Shown here one piece after another: positions 22,980-35,150 of a DNA stretch of 64,000 bases. The DNA comes from Schmidtea nova. Its lineage: Eukaryota. Every line of letters starts with the position of its first letter. Position 1 is the stretch's first letter. The notes beneath the pieces are model-generated. The model searched no databases. It saw only the letters and a list, made by a program, of their open reading frames with translations, and was not told where the DNA came from. A program made the translations under genes and the position numbers. The stretch spans positions 86,056,001 to 86,120,000 of the forward strand of contig CM097884.1 of NCBI GenBank assembly GCA_044892505.1. Direction: 5' to 3'.

Positions 22980-24200
22980 TTTTATTATATAGACTTGATA
23001 AAAATTTGTTTTCCTCAAATAGGCTCTAGAAATTTCCCCACAGTCGTTTTCAAGTGTTTGTCAAAATTAGTCCATAAAGAATATTCATGTCAGTAAAGAT
23101 ATGAAAATTATCGTTAGAATCACATAGTCCTTTTACCTTTTCGTGACCAATTGAAGATTAAGTCCGTCAATCTTCTGTTGATAAGCAATATTTAACTGAT
23201 AGAAAAAGGCATTCAGAAAGGAAATTACTTAACATAAAGTCAAAAACACCAATTGCAAATGTCAAAAACGACTTGAACTATTCATGTGTTTACATTTTTA
23301 TCTAATAAAATGTTGTAGATTGAATTCTTATCTCGCCCAAACCTTCTTGTGATCTTCAATAAATTTAATCTACAATTCGTATTATCATATATTAATGAGA
23401 CTTTGAATATATGGAGCGGGATTTTCCTACATTTTAAAGAATAACATTTAATATTTTTGTGTTATGGTTGCAATTATTTTTTTATATGATCATCACCATT
23501 CATATACATTTTATAAGTGGCTTCATGGATACCAACATATTCCATACACATGAAAGACGAATGAAACATATTTTCAAACAAACATTTTAAATCTTTATAT
23601 AGTAATAATCTTTCCGCCAAGAAATTCATAAACCTAATTAAAGAAAATATAAAAGCAGCTGATTTAATTTCAAGTTCAAAATTAAGAGTGATATAGGTGA
23701 TTTTTTATTTAATATATCTTTCAGCAGTAGTTATTAAACTATATTCAATTTCTATCGTAGTTTTCATTACAAAATATGTTAAGTATGTTCCTGCTAAATT
23801 AAAATTTCAAATAGCATGAGGTTAAGTATATTCTATTTATATAGGATACGTCTGTGTTACGCCGTCTATGGAATCAATAACAACATTAATAGTTCTTCAT
23901 TAATATCACCATTATAATTTAAAATAGTTTTAATTATTGCCCTGTGTGTATACGTATTGTTTCCACCTTCAAATCTTGATATTATTACATTCAAGAATTG
24001 CATCCTTAAATAGGGTTTGAAACATGAAATATTTTGGTACAACATCTTCAGCAGCTCTTTTAATGTAAAATTTAACATCATTTCTATCATCTGTAATGAC
24101 ATCTATGGGAATACTACTCCAAACGCTCCAAATTCAAAAAAATGCTTAAGGAGATGGTAGCTCAAAAAGGCAGAATTCACATATACTTTCAATGAATTTT
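22980..24200 (-). pseudogene. Polinton major capsid protein remnant
   Basis: EFCLFELPS.., NNTYTHRAIIKTILNY (cf. NNxYPYRAYIETLLNY) and LENDCGEISRAY; heavily disrupted. Confidence 0.65.
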
Positions 24201-24519
24201 ACGTCTAGGTCTAACTTGTTCTGGTTTCGGTTTCATTTCTGGTTCATTTTTATTAAACACACTTTTATTACACCTGGAATCATATAAGTCACAGTAGGTA
24301 ATACTTTACTAATTGCAGACATAGCCTTTGTTTTCAATGATGACAATAGTTTCTGATCATTCATGATCGTATCTTAAGTGGTTTTCAATCCAAAACTATT
24401 TATTTGTTTAAAAGATGGATATTGCTAAATTGTTTACCAACAAAATAAGGTAATTCCCCAACTGTTTGGCTATTACTCTAAAATGAAATTATATCTTGAT
24501 TAATCAATAAAATTTCAAA

Positions 24520-25415
24520 ATTGTAGTGTCAAATGAGTTTTTGAATCTTTTGGAAAGTTTATCCGTTTTCCGCTCTCGTCACAGATATTTATTTCTATAT
24601 TGTTTATACATGATGTTATAATAGGTAAATACATTATATTATCTACTACTATTTATACAATTTCATTCTGATCGTATTTATTTATCTAAACCGATTTTAG
24701 AAGAGTAACCAATGAATCACCGACAATTATGAGTTCAATTATGTTGTTAAATATAACATTTATTGATGATAAATAAGCATTTTCATTTTACGTATATTAT
24801 AGATCATATCTTTATCTACAAATGTTTTCTTATCTATTCCAAATGTATTGAACAAAATTGTATCAAATGTAACTTCATTAATGTTTTCTGAGAACGAATT
24901 TGAACAATTTATCAATCTCCAGAGTTAGACAGACTTGAGAGCAATTAATTGAAAAATATTTATGTAAATCATCACTAAATATAAAGGTTTTTTTAATTTC
25001 TACATCATGCAATATTGTTATTCTTACTATTTTGATTTGATTGTGTTACACCACTCGATTTGCTTTTTCAATATATATTTAAAAAAAAATTATGAATGAT
25101 GTAAAATCACAGCTAAAATGTAACAATCCGTTTTTTTAAAAATTATTACAATGTTGATCTAGTTTATATTTCGAAATATCATAGATTCTATCAACATTGC
25201 TGATAAGAAATAGATCACAACATGCTTTCAGTTCGATTCCTTTGTAATCAATCTTAAATTTACTCTAAAACAAGAATGTATTATACAAAAGTTGAAATAT
25301 TGCAATGAAACTTCCCAATTTCCATTTAAATAAATTGGATTTGAGAATTGACCATAAATTAACTGACTTATTATCTAGAAGTTATAATGAACAACTATTA
25401 CGTGGTAGAATAGTA
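24520..25415 (-). pseudogene. Polinton minor capsid (penton) remnant
   Basis: N-terminal FYTILPRNS..NPIYLNGNWEVSL; C-terminal MYLPIITSCINNIEINICDESGKRINFPKDSKTHLTLQF. Confidence 0.75.
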
Positions 25416-25422
25416 TAAAAAT

Positions 25423-25695
25423 TCATTTCACTAAATATTTTGCTGATATCAATGATGGCTTTTGATATCCATGCCACTTTACATAGTACTGTTTAAACTT
25501 AACCAAGATTTCATTTTTCAATATTATTTGAATTCTAAATACTGTTCGTAAAGGAATAACATGTAGTACATGCTCATAAAATTTCCCAATAACTATATTA
25601 TTATCAGTATCAGAAATGACATAAATGATATGTGGTGGGAGTTTTATTTTGTCCGGCGGACATGTCGGAATGTGTAGAAGGACTTCATGATGCAA
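25423..25695 (-). pseudogene. Polinton integrase C-terminal chromodomain
   Basis: PPHIIYVISD..GKFYEHVL..VFRIQIILK..YYVKWHGY..SLISAKYL. Confidence 0.8.
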
Positions 25696-25848
25696 AGACG
25701 ATGAACCAATAGGTTAATAGTCGTCTAGTATTTTCCAGAAAATTATGGACATTTTCAATATCATTTATTAACTGAAAACTATGTGCTAATCTTTTCGCAA
25801 TACGCATTTAATAGCCGAAGAAGATGAAGAATTCAGTAATATTGTCCG

Positions 25849-25902
<54 letters not shown>

Positions 25903-26319
25903 TAGGTTCATGGATGGACCAAAACAATCAACACGTAACTAGGATAGGGATATACGATCCATGAACATACATAAATGTTCGCAACTTCCACACGTGCGCC
26001 CTTAACTATTTCCTTATGTAGTTAAGTTGGTGATGCGCAAGGTGGTTGAAAAATGATGGGCAGGTGAACTCTACTGCTAGAACTACTCCCCATTTATTTT
26101 CGCGGGTTAACGCTGCCGTTAGAGGTCTTATGCTATCGTCCATAGTTTAATTTAATAAATTTCACGTGTAAAGATCCTCAATCGATTAATTCTACTAGCT
26201 TAACTACACTTTGCTAATTCTTTCCAGGTTTAATTTAATTCAGCTACGTTAAAGTTAACGAAAATCAATGTGAACAACAACATCAAAACTCCGATACACC
26301 TTCACGAATACTTTATTAT

Positions 26320-26911
26320 TTACAAAAACTCCTTAAAGGTTCCTTCCATAGGAAAAACGTCTGCTAATAAATCGATGTCGTTCAGATTCATCAGGTGATC
26401 GATTTGCGCCTGTAGTTGCTGTGCAAACAACTTCTTTCGCCGCCTACGTTTCGATTGCATCCTCTTTCTCTTCCTTACTCCACCTGTGGAGCTTATTACT
26501 TTTGGAGGTTCTGCTGGACTTGACGCTATCGTGAAACTTAGGCCTTCTACATCAGTTCCAACTGAACAAGTCGTTTTCTTTCCGTCACCCAGTTATAATA
26601 TGTTATAGGTCGAATTTGAGACTGCAACTCTTTTTCGATAAAAGGAGTTGTCACTGAGTGGAGGCACTTTCTCAGTTCAATTTTGGTGGCCTCCCACTCT
26701 ACTTTATAATCATCCGCTGTCCGCTGTGCCCGTTCGGTCCGGGTTATCTGTTCTTTCATCCGGGCTGGCACAAACCAGCTCTTCCTTAAATACTGTATTT
26801 GGGCTTTGGCCTTTGCCAGTTTAGCCTTTAATTGTTCTAGCTCCATCCTTGAGCCCGTCTAATCCTCCACATTTTATCGAGTTCTTTTTGTTGGCTTGTT
26901 TCCTGGTTCAT
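26320..26911 (-). pseudogene. LTR-encoded coiled-coil/basic/acidic protein, copy B
   Basis: MNQETSQQKELDKMWRI/ MELEQLKAKL..SWFVP..EATKIELRKCL..IRPITY/ ..RKRKRMQSKRRRRKK..DIDLLADVF; two 1-nt frameshifts relative to copies C and D. Confidence 0.75.
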
Positions 26912-27003
26912 ACTGAAGGTACTTTAATTAATGGTTATTTATAGAAGTTTTTATTTGGTATTAATGAACATTCTATTTTATGGAATGGAAGAAATTAGAT
27001 TAA

Positions 27004-27573
27004 TCAATAAACTAAAACCAAAATTCGAAATGAAAATTTATTAGATGCTATGAGACACAAATAATTCGTTCGATTATTATACTTGCCGAAGAAATAAGCT
27101 ACATGGAGCCCTTGATGTATGGGTGTACGGTGTATATTGTCCAGTGAGAACTCCGGTTGACTGATCTCGTATTCCTTTCCGAAGGGCCGGGGTGAGGTGA
27201 AAAGTTGAAATCCCAATCTTGCAAGCTCCCCTTGCGGGATATGCCCCCAGTAAATGACTTTTGATGGTTTTTGATCGGGACCATTTATTAAAATTAGGAG
27301 TCGCCCGAATTTCGGCGAATAAAATTGCTCAGAATCCGGCAATCCCGGGCATCCTTGATACATTACTTGGTCCCGCCCAGTGTCCCATATAGTAAATAAA
27401 CATCTTTCACCGAACTCTCTTCTCCATTTGAACATTTGGACGTTGATTGTGCGCAGGATCGAGTGCGGCAAGGCCTTTAGTCCCATCTGAGATATCATGG
27501 TGGTCGCAGCAACGACAGGATCCGACGACCTTCTATGTGCGCATATAAATTGTTCTATTGTAGTTGATTCCAT
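27004..27573 (-). CDS. Orphan 189-aa ORF inside LTR copy B
   Basis: Uninterrupted, GC-richer than its flanks, sense to the LTR promoter; no recognisable domain. Confidence 0.55.
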   Translation of the reverse strand: MESTTIEQFICAHRRSSDPVVAATTMISQMGLKALPHSILRTINVQMFKWRREFGERCLFTIWDTGRDQVMYQGCPGLPDSEQFYSPKFGRLLILINGPDQKPSKVIYWGHIPQGELARLGFQLFTSPRPFGKEYEISQPEFSLDNIHRTPIHQGLHVAYFFGKYNNRTNYLCLIASNKFSFRILVLVY

Positions 27574-29360
27574 CTATATTATCGTATGAAATACTGGTGA
27601 ATCAAATATTTGATTTAATTGCAAAAATCCCTAATTTATGAGACGAGAAAAATTGGTATAGTAAGTTAATCCGCAGAGATGAAGTTAGACCTGCATTATG
27701 GACAGGTTATACACGTTGAGAAGAAAAATTGACCGTGTTCAACTTATTTAATTAACACTGTCGTGATATACCACGATCAGAATAAATTCTATCTATAATT
27801 TTATGTTCCCTGCGCTATCTACAGGGTTATAAATTTGATCGGCTTGATTTCCTTCGCTATTTACAGCGATCAGGATAAATATGTTTATATCACTACGGAT
27901 CGTCAATGTCCGATTAATCAGGGTTCGAAACTATCCGTGTATCGGACTTTGTATCTGCTGCTAAAAATTTAAGTAATAAGTGTGTCTAATCTACTAAATC
28001 GGAATTTTATCTGAATCTAGTTTAGATTGTTTATACCTAAATTGTCTATCTCTACATCTGTGGTTGTTCATTATCGATCGCATTTAAAATTTGGTAAGAG
28101 CGATTAAATTCGGATGGTTTTGATTTATTCCGATTCACCTCTGTTATGCGGACGCTAGTTAGGTAGGTAACGCAATAATAAAATCGATGTGGTTGACATT
28201 TACTACCTAAAAGAATCGTCTCTGCCTACTAGCCAAATCTCCACTTAAATGAAAAAATTACCGGTTAGCATGTGTCCCAAAATCCGTTAATTACACTCCT
28301 TCCTACTCGCTTATGATCTTTTAATTTGAGTGGTTTATGTATCGATTTTGTGTTATTATATTTACTTAGTTAAATAGTCTATGCGATGCCGTCCCTCGGT
28401 AGTACAAAAATAAAATTAAATTCTTGATAGTAGCTTAATCACCTTGGTAAAAATTTATGCCAATCGCCTACTTTTTGTGTCAGAAACGTTATACCTTGTT
28501 CCTAATTGCAACTCTACGTTATTTATGAAAAGTCTCCCTCAAACACTTTGTGAATAGCATTTATTTTTCTAACGCCCTTTGCCGAGATCGTTCCAATGTG
28601 CAACTCAGAAATTTTCGAAAAATCTCACTTTCATAAAAAAAAACTTACTCACCACCTCGTGGAGCTACGGAGCCCCTTGACGAAATCTGGCTCCCTCGCA
28701 GCGTTAGCTACAGAGGAAACATATCTATAAGTTATAAATGCATGAATGAATAAAATAGCATGAATTAAATATAATATATATTAAATACAACAATAACAAA
28801 ATCATGGCAACATTACAATATTAATTACATCATTATTACCTCTACGTTGAAATGATTAGATTTTCTCGAACAAATTACAAGTTATAAGGCTCAAAAACCG
28901 TTAAATCGTTCTGAGTCTCAAAATGAAAATAGTGCTAAAAAAAGTGTTATTTTGTGATCTTCGGATCGGTATTTATACTGATCAAGCTGGTCAGATTGAC
29001 CAATCAGTATCAGACCACCCTTCAAAGTAAATCAATCATTTTTAATTTATCTAAATCATATTTTGTTTCCGTTTTAGGTTTCTCGTTGAGTGGTCCTAAT
29101 TTTTCAAGTAATTATTTAGTTGGACTTTTATTTTGGTTAATTTATTCATAATTTTCCATTTTTCTATTTCAGTTTCCTTGTTGGTCACTTTGTTGCGTAA
29201 TTCGAATTATTTTTCTACTTGTAAGTTATTTACTGTTGTTTTAACTATTTATTTTTATTCTTTTCTTTAGATTTTCTTGGTTTTGGTAACATTATTTTGA
29301 TTATTTTTTCTTTTAATTGTTGTGTTGTTTTATGTATTTTTAAGCTATTTAGTGGGCCCA

Positions 29361-29440
<80 letters not shown>

Positions 29441-32054
29441 TGATGAGCTGTAGCCGGTTTGCACCGGTTCTATAGAACCGGTTGTTAAATATTTTGTAGT
29501 TTATAGAACCTTTGTTAATTAGGAATCAACAAATTAATTTTGTTGATACCTAATTAATAGTTGATACTATATTTAAAAACAACAAATAAATTTAAAATTT
29601 AAATATTTTCACTGCAAAGTTGGCGTTGAGATTTCTTTCACTAAAAAAGTTATTATGTGTGTATTAGCAAACATTATTTTCTTTTTTTTATTAAAGTTTA
29701 GAAGTGATAATTTTGTGCTGCTTAAAAAACTATTTTTTACAAAAAATAAAATAAATTTTAACAGAAAAACAAGAATCCATTTATCTTATTTATAAACAAT
29801 TATTAATATATTGTGAGTATATTTATATTTTCTACTTTATATCCTAAATAAGCCCATTCTTTTAGGAAATAAAATTTAATGAAACGCAAAACTAATATTC
29901 GTGATTATTTTAATAATAATAAAAAAACAATGAAGAAGAAGAGGAAAATATTTCAAATACTGTAACTCTAAGCGTAAGCCAGGAATCAGCAACAGTATCT
30001 TGCTCTAAAATTTTACCAGCCAATATCTAAAAAGAGAATAATTTTCCAGATTGCTGGAATGGTGACAAATTAAAGATATTTCAAGCTCAATATAATGGCT
30101 TGGAGGTCAAAAATAAAAAGCTTGGATGTCTAAAATGCTCCTCGTTCGATAATTTGGGTATTTGTAAAGAACAAAACATTCACATTCCACAACAATGGCA
30201 AAATTTTGAAATTCAACCATCGGGAACAACAAAAGTTATTCAACAGGCTTCATTAAGAAAATAAATGTCTGAACATTTTAAATCAAAAACACATTTAATG
30301 GTTTTAAAAATGCTTGAACAAAAAGAAAAAAATGAACTACCCAGAATCATCTATTCAAATAATGCCAAAAATATGGCTAGTACTAATAAAATATTCAATA
30401 TTAATTACAGCTTAATAAAAAGAAATAGACCGCTTTCAGATTTGGAAGCAGAAGTTGAACTTCAGGTTAAAAATGGGGTAGATCTTGGAATTTCGCTTCA
30501 TTCTAGGTTTAGTGCAATTAGAATAGCAGAACACATAGCAAAACAAATGAAAAAATAATTGTTGAAAAAATAATTGCATCCAATTCAAAAATTTGCGTAA
30601 TCATAGATGAAGCCTCAATTATATCAAGCAAATCGGTGCTAGTCATTTTTTTGAAGTTTGAAATGGAAAAAGAAAATTCAATATTTTTTTTGGACTTAGT
30701 TCATTTAGAATCTCAAACCGCTGAGCATATTTTTAATATTCTAATGCAAACACTAAACTCAAATGGCTTTTCCACGGATTTTTTGAAAGAAAATCTTATT
30801 GGTTTTTGTTCTGATGGTGCAAGTACAATGCTTGGTCAAAAGTCAGGTGTTGTTACAAGGTTAATAAAAGAATTTCCTTATGTAATAGTTTGGCATTGCT
30901 TAAACATCGTCTTCAGCTGGTTTTGGATGACGCAATAGACGAAATAAAGCAAGTAAATCATTTTAAATCATTTATCAATAAAATTTATGTAATTTTTCTT
31001 CAATCAAATAAAAATCAATTGCGCTTACAAAATATATCGCGAGATTTGGAAGTGGAAATAATTAAAATAGGCGAGTCTTAGGCCCAAGATGGGCAGCATG
31101 CAGCTTAAGATCTGATATGGCTGTTTGACGGGCTTATGTACCACTTTTCAAATTTCTTAAGGATGATTCCAAATATCTTGGTATGGCAAACCGACTTGCG
31201 AATAAATATTTTATAAAGGATTTAGCACTTATGATCGATATTCTTCATGAGATGTCCTATTTGTCAATAGGATTACAAGCTAGGTTTGTTACCCTTCAAA
31301 AGGCAACGAAACTGATAAAAAGAACTATAAATATTATGATAAATTTGAAAGAAAATTTAGGAACATTTGAAAAAAAAGTTGAAGAAATGTTGTCGTCACC
31401 TGCATTTGCAGATATTCTTTTTGTGGAAAATAAAAAATTTGAAAGTCTCCCAAGAAAAAAACTTATTGAAACAATAATTGATAAAATGAATTCCCGAATG
31501 TTAAATTGTAGACATATGTTGTGGCTTTGGATGGGTTAAAACCAAAGATAGATAAACGCTCTAGGGATGCCTCCATCCAAGCCTAAACATAAAATGCTTT
31601 CACGACACACGAGCACCCTCGACTATTTCCCTGGATAATCGAGCTGGAAATGTGCAAGGTGTTTGAACAATGATGGGCAGGTGAGCTCTATTTCTAAAAC
31701 TACTCCCTATTTATGTTCACGGGTCCATTGCTGCCGATAGAAGGACTTACGCTTTACTTTCTTTTTAATTTATCCGAATTCATTGTCTTTCATTTTAGTT
31801 TTCTGCCCCCTTCTTTACAATATCAACAGATGATTTGAATAATTATATATATATATCTTTACTTTAATGTTCCTATTGTTTATCCTTTATCGAATTGTGT
31901 TAGCATCTTTGCCAATTATAATTTGTATTTGATATTTTAATTTAAAATTTTAATAACTACTTTATTTCAACAATAAAATAAGCACAAAACTAAAATATAA
32001 TAAAACTAAAATTTTATACACAACAGTAATATTAATAAATTATTTTCGACCATT

Positions 32055-32668
32055 TCATTCGAAATATTTGAGGAAATCATCGTCAACTGCCGCAAAATCT
32101 GTGGTTAAGTCTATTTCCGGAAATTCATCATTATGTTGAATCATTTGTTCCACAAATTGTTTTTTCCATCTGCGTTGCCTTGCACCCATCTTGTTTTTCT
32201 TTTTCTTTTTGATCTCGATGGTTGATACACTTTTCGATGCGGCTTGATTTTCCATTGCGCGAACCTGCGATGGTTCTTCTGTATTAGTACCTTTTGTGCA
32301 TTCAGCCTTCTCTTCTGACCAATGTTGATAAGTGATTGGTCGTATTAGTTGCTTCAATTACTGTTGATAAATGAGGTGGTGACTGCCTTGAGGCATTTTC
32401 TCAACTAAATCTTGGTTGCCTCGAGTTCCATTCTGAATTCATCATTCGATCGCTGAGAACGTTGGTTTTTCAGGAGTTGAGTTTTCATTTGGTCGGGGTT
32501 GAACCAACTGGTTCGGAATTGCGATATTGTAGCTTCTGCTGTTTTCAATTTTTCCTTTGTTCGGCCGATTTCCTTTTCCAGGCTGCGAATAATTCGCCAA
32601 GCCTTGTCTAATTCATTTTGTAGGTTCATTGAATTTCCTGTCATTTTCTGAAAATCAATGAGTGTCAT
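32055..32668 (-). pseudogene. LTR-encoded coiled-coil/basic/acidic protein, copy C
   Basis: ORFs 32405-32668 and 32055-32357 join through one stop (GAG>TAG) and one frameshift when aligned to copies B and D. Confidence 0.8.
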
Positions 32669-33758
32669 TAGTTAAAATTTCAGCTAGTTTGAATTATATT
32701 AACCGATTCTGTTTTATACTTTCCTCGGAAGGATTCGTTGAGTTTTCTTTTATTTTAAACTAAGGAGTGAAATAAATACATTCTATAATGTCAACACTGT
32801 CGCTATGTACAGCGATCAGATAAGTTTGGTTACAATATTTAATTACCCGTACCTGTGCTATCTACAGCAATCAGGTTGATAATTTACGAAAATGTTAAAG
32901 AAAAATAAGTTCTTCTGCCCTATGTACAGGGATCAGGATAACAAATTAACGTTTATTATTGTTTGGTCTGGAATAAGAATTAGATCAATTCTAATCGATT
33001 GTTTTTTGTTTGTGTGGTAGTTCAGCTACCCACCTGAATTCTTGCATTATGGTTATCGACCCTGAGTTATAAAATTTCATTCTAAATTTATATTCTAAAT
33101 GGTATTCAAAAATTTGAACGATGATGCTGGCCACTTCATACAACAAACCCTAGATGCACGATCTCGCAAAGAAACACGGTATTACTCTGAATACTTCCCT
33201 GATGAATGTTAAGTTTAAATGTTAATTTATCATCATAAAAAAATACTGAATGATAAAATTGAAATAAAGCTGGCTGTACTGCTCAGCGATAAATAAAAAT
33301 CCTACCCTCTTCGTGGCACTTAATACCAGGCAGTCCGCCTAACTGCAAGAAGTAGTTAAATCTACTCGGCACACTCTGCCTCCTTCCACCGATTTCACGA
33401 TGGACAGGAGCGCCCTTGTTTCATAAATATAAAATAATTCATTTCGCCTCCTTCCACCGATTACACAGTGGACAGGAGCGCAAGTGACTCATAAATAATA
33501 ATTAAAAAATCAATTCAATAAATTTGCCTCCTTCCATCGATTACACAGTGGAAGGAGCGCGCTTCTCATAAAAATAAATAACAAAAATTATCATAAATAT
33601 TTAATTCAAGACAGAAATTATGATAGAAAAATTATAAACATATGAAATCACAACATAAATCATACATACCTAGTAGCTGTTGATCAAAATTTTGCGAAAA
33701 TCAAAAATTTCTAGTGACAAAAATCATATACCATTAAATTTGTCTGAATCTGAATCAG

Positions 33759-33792
33759 TATTTATACTGATCAGATTAGCTCATCAACCAAT
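33759..33792 (-). promoter_or_regulatory. LTR promoter: TATAAATA with upstream CCAAT box
   Basis: TATTTATA on + at 33759-33766, 46545-46552, 28970-28977 and 11711-11718; CCAATCAG about 25 bp further out in B and C. Confidence 0.7.
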
Positions 33793-34768
33793 CAGCGTGA
33801 AGCTGATGATCAAAATATATAATTCTATTAAAAATAATCAATTTAATTTTTTGTTTGAATTAACTGTAATTTTATTAATTTTATTATTATGTAATTTTAA
33901 CTCTTTTTCTTAATTACTTATTTATTTAAATTGTTAACCATTTTATTACATTTAAATCTCATTTTCTTATTACTTTTTACATCCTAATTTTGTTTTTTAT
34001 AACTTTTATAATATCATTTATTTCTTTTCTATTTCTTTTAATTCTTTTTAATGGAATTTCTTTCCAATACATAAATTTTCCTAATTCTTATTTATTTTCT
34101 TATTATTATTACTTATATATTTAAATGTTAGTCAAATGGTGGACCCAACACATATAAGAATGACAAAAAATGAAAAAAATAACGACATTGCCGAATTATT
34201 TAATTTACTTGAAGCTGATTGGAATTTGGAAGAAATTACTTGTCCGTGGATTTTGGGAGAAGAAAAATTGAAATGAAATAATTAGATAAGAAATTCCCAT
34301 TAATGATTTCAGAGATTATGTTCAAAATGTAATTGAAGGAAAAACCTCTGAAATAGAAACAATTCAAAAAGCTAAAAATAAAATTAACACCATTGCTATA
34401 AGTTCATCAGAGGCCGAACGAGGATTCTCAATAATGAATATTATTTGTGAAAAAAAAGAGCTTATCTTTCAGTAGAACATATTCCTAGTTTAATGAGTAT
34501 TAATATGATTGGACCACCACTTGAATCATGGAATTCTGGAGAATATGTCAAAACTTGGTTGAGGAATCATAATTCAGCTGATGATACCAGGATTCGAAAT
34601 GCGCCAAAAAATATTAATGAAAATAATAAAATCAATTGGAAATTATTATAATAATTTAAAAAAAAAATAAAAAAAATCTATTTAAATAAAATGATATTTT
34701 ATTAAAATAAAACGATTTTTAGTTTTTGGTTTTATAGAACCGGTTGTAAAATGTTTGGCAGCTCATCA

Positions 34769-34829
<61 letters not shown>

Positions 34830-34831
<2 letters not shown>

Positions 34832-35150
34832 TGCTCGGTTTTCTTTCCTTAATTTCCTCAAATTTCTCAAAAACATGATTTGGGCGTTGCTAGCATATCA
34901 AAATAAATCTCTTTTTTCGAGTTTCGGACATTTTTTTTAGCTTTTCGATTCCACCAAAATAGGTTGTATCTCTTATGTTTGTCAATATCTTCTCCATTAT
35001 AACAAGAAGAATTAAAATTCAATTTAAGATTAGGTAAATGACCTATTGGTTATTGACCGATTGTTTATGTTGACTGACTTCTTATTTTTCTACCTAGTAA
35101 AGGTAATGCTAATGGTATCAATGCCACAGTAAACCCTCGTTGAAGACGTC
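34830..35150 (-). pseudogene. Polinton fragment (small ORF plus integrase N-terminus)
   Basis: Reverse complement matches 2960-3220 (GGTCATTTACCTAATCTTAAATTG; GAAAAGCTAAA). Confidence 0.65.

Larger units (their letters stand above)
25900..29363 (-). mobile_element. Solo-LTR-like element, copy B (3464 bp) inserted in (TA)n
   Basis: Ends TGCTAGG..CCCAGCA; TATA 28970-28977, CCAAT 29000-29004; conserved RNA motif 26058-26133; two ORFs. Confidence 0.8.
31517..34150 (-). mobile_element. Solo-LTR-like element, copy C (2634 bp)
   Basis: TGTTG..CAACA ends; 4-bp TSD CATA; splits the hAT ORF cleanly. Confidence 0.9.
29438..34771 (+). mobile_element. hAT transposon (ZNF862/KIAA1586-like transposase) interrupted by LTR copy C
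   Basis: 13-bp TIR CAGTGATGAGCTG/CAGCTCATCACTG inside (TA)n. Motifs [17 protein letters not shown], WHCLxHRLQL, GPRWAAC and SSEAERGFS; frame LNCRH|IRMTK rejoins across the insertion. Confidence 0.92.

Noticed and set aside
23090-23160. GHEKVKGLCD as a transposase GHGKxxCD motif
   Set aside because: Spacing differs and neighbouring frames fit a Polinton major capsid remnant better.
31675-31752. Plus-strand HDV-like, twister or TPP-riboswitch reading of the conserved LTR motif
   Set aside because: Required core residues and spacings are absent; wobble pairs and GNRA loops favour the minus strand. Family left unassigned.
34575-34610. CTGATGA..GAAA as a second hammerhead
   Set aside because: No stem II G-C closure and no stem I/III; it is hAT coding sequence (NSADDTRIRN).
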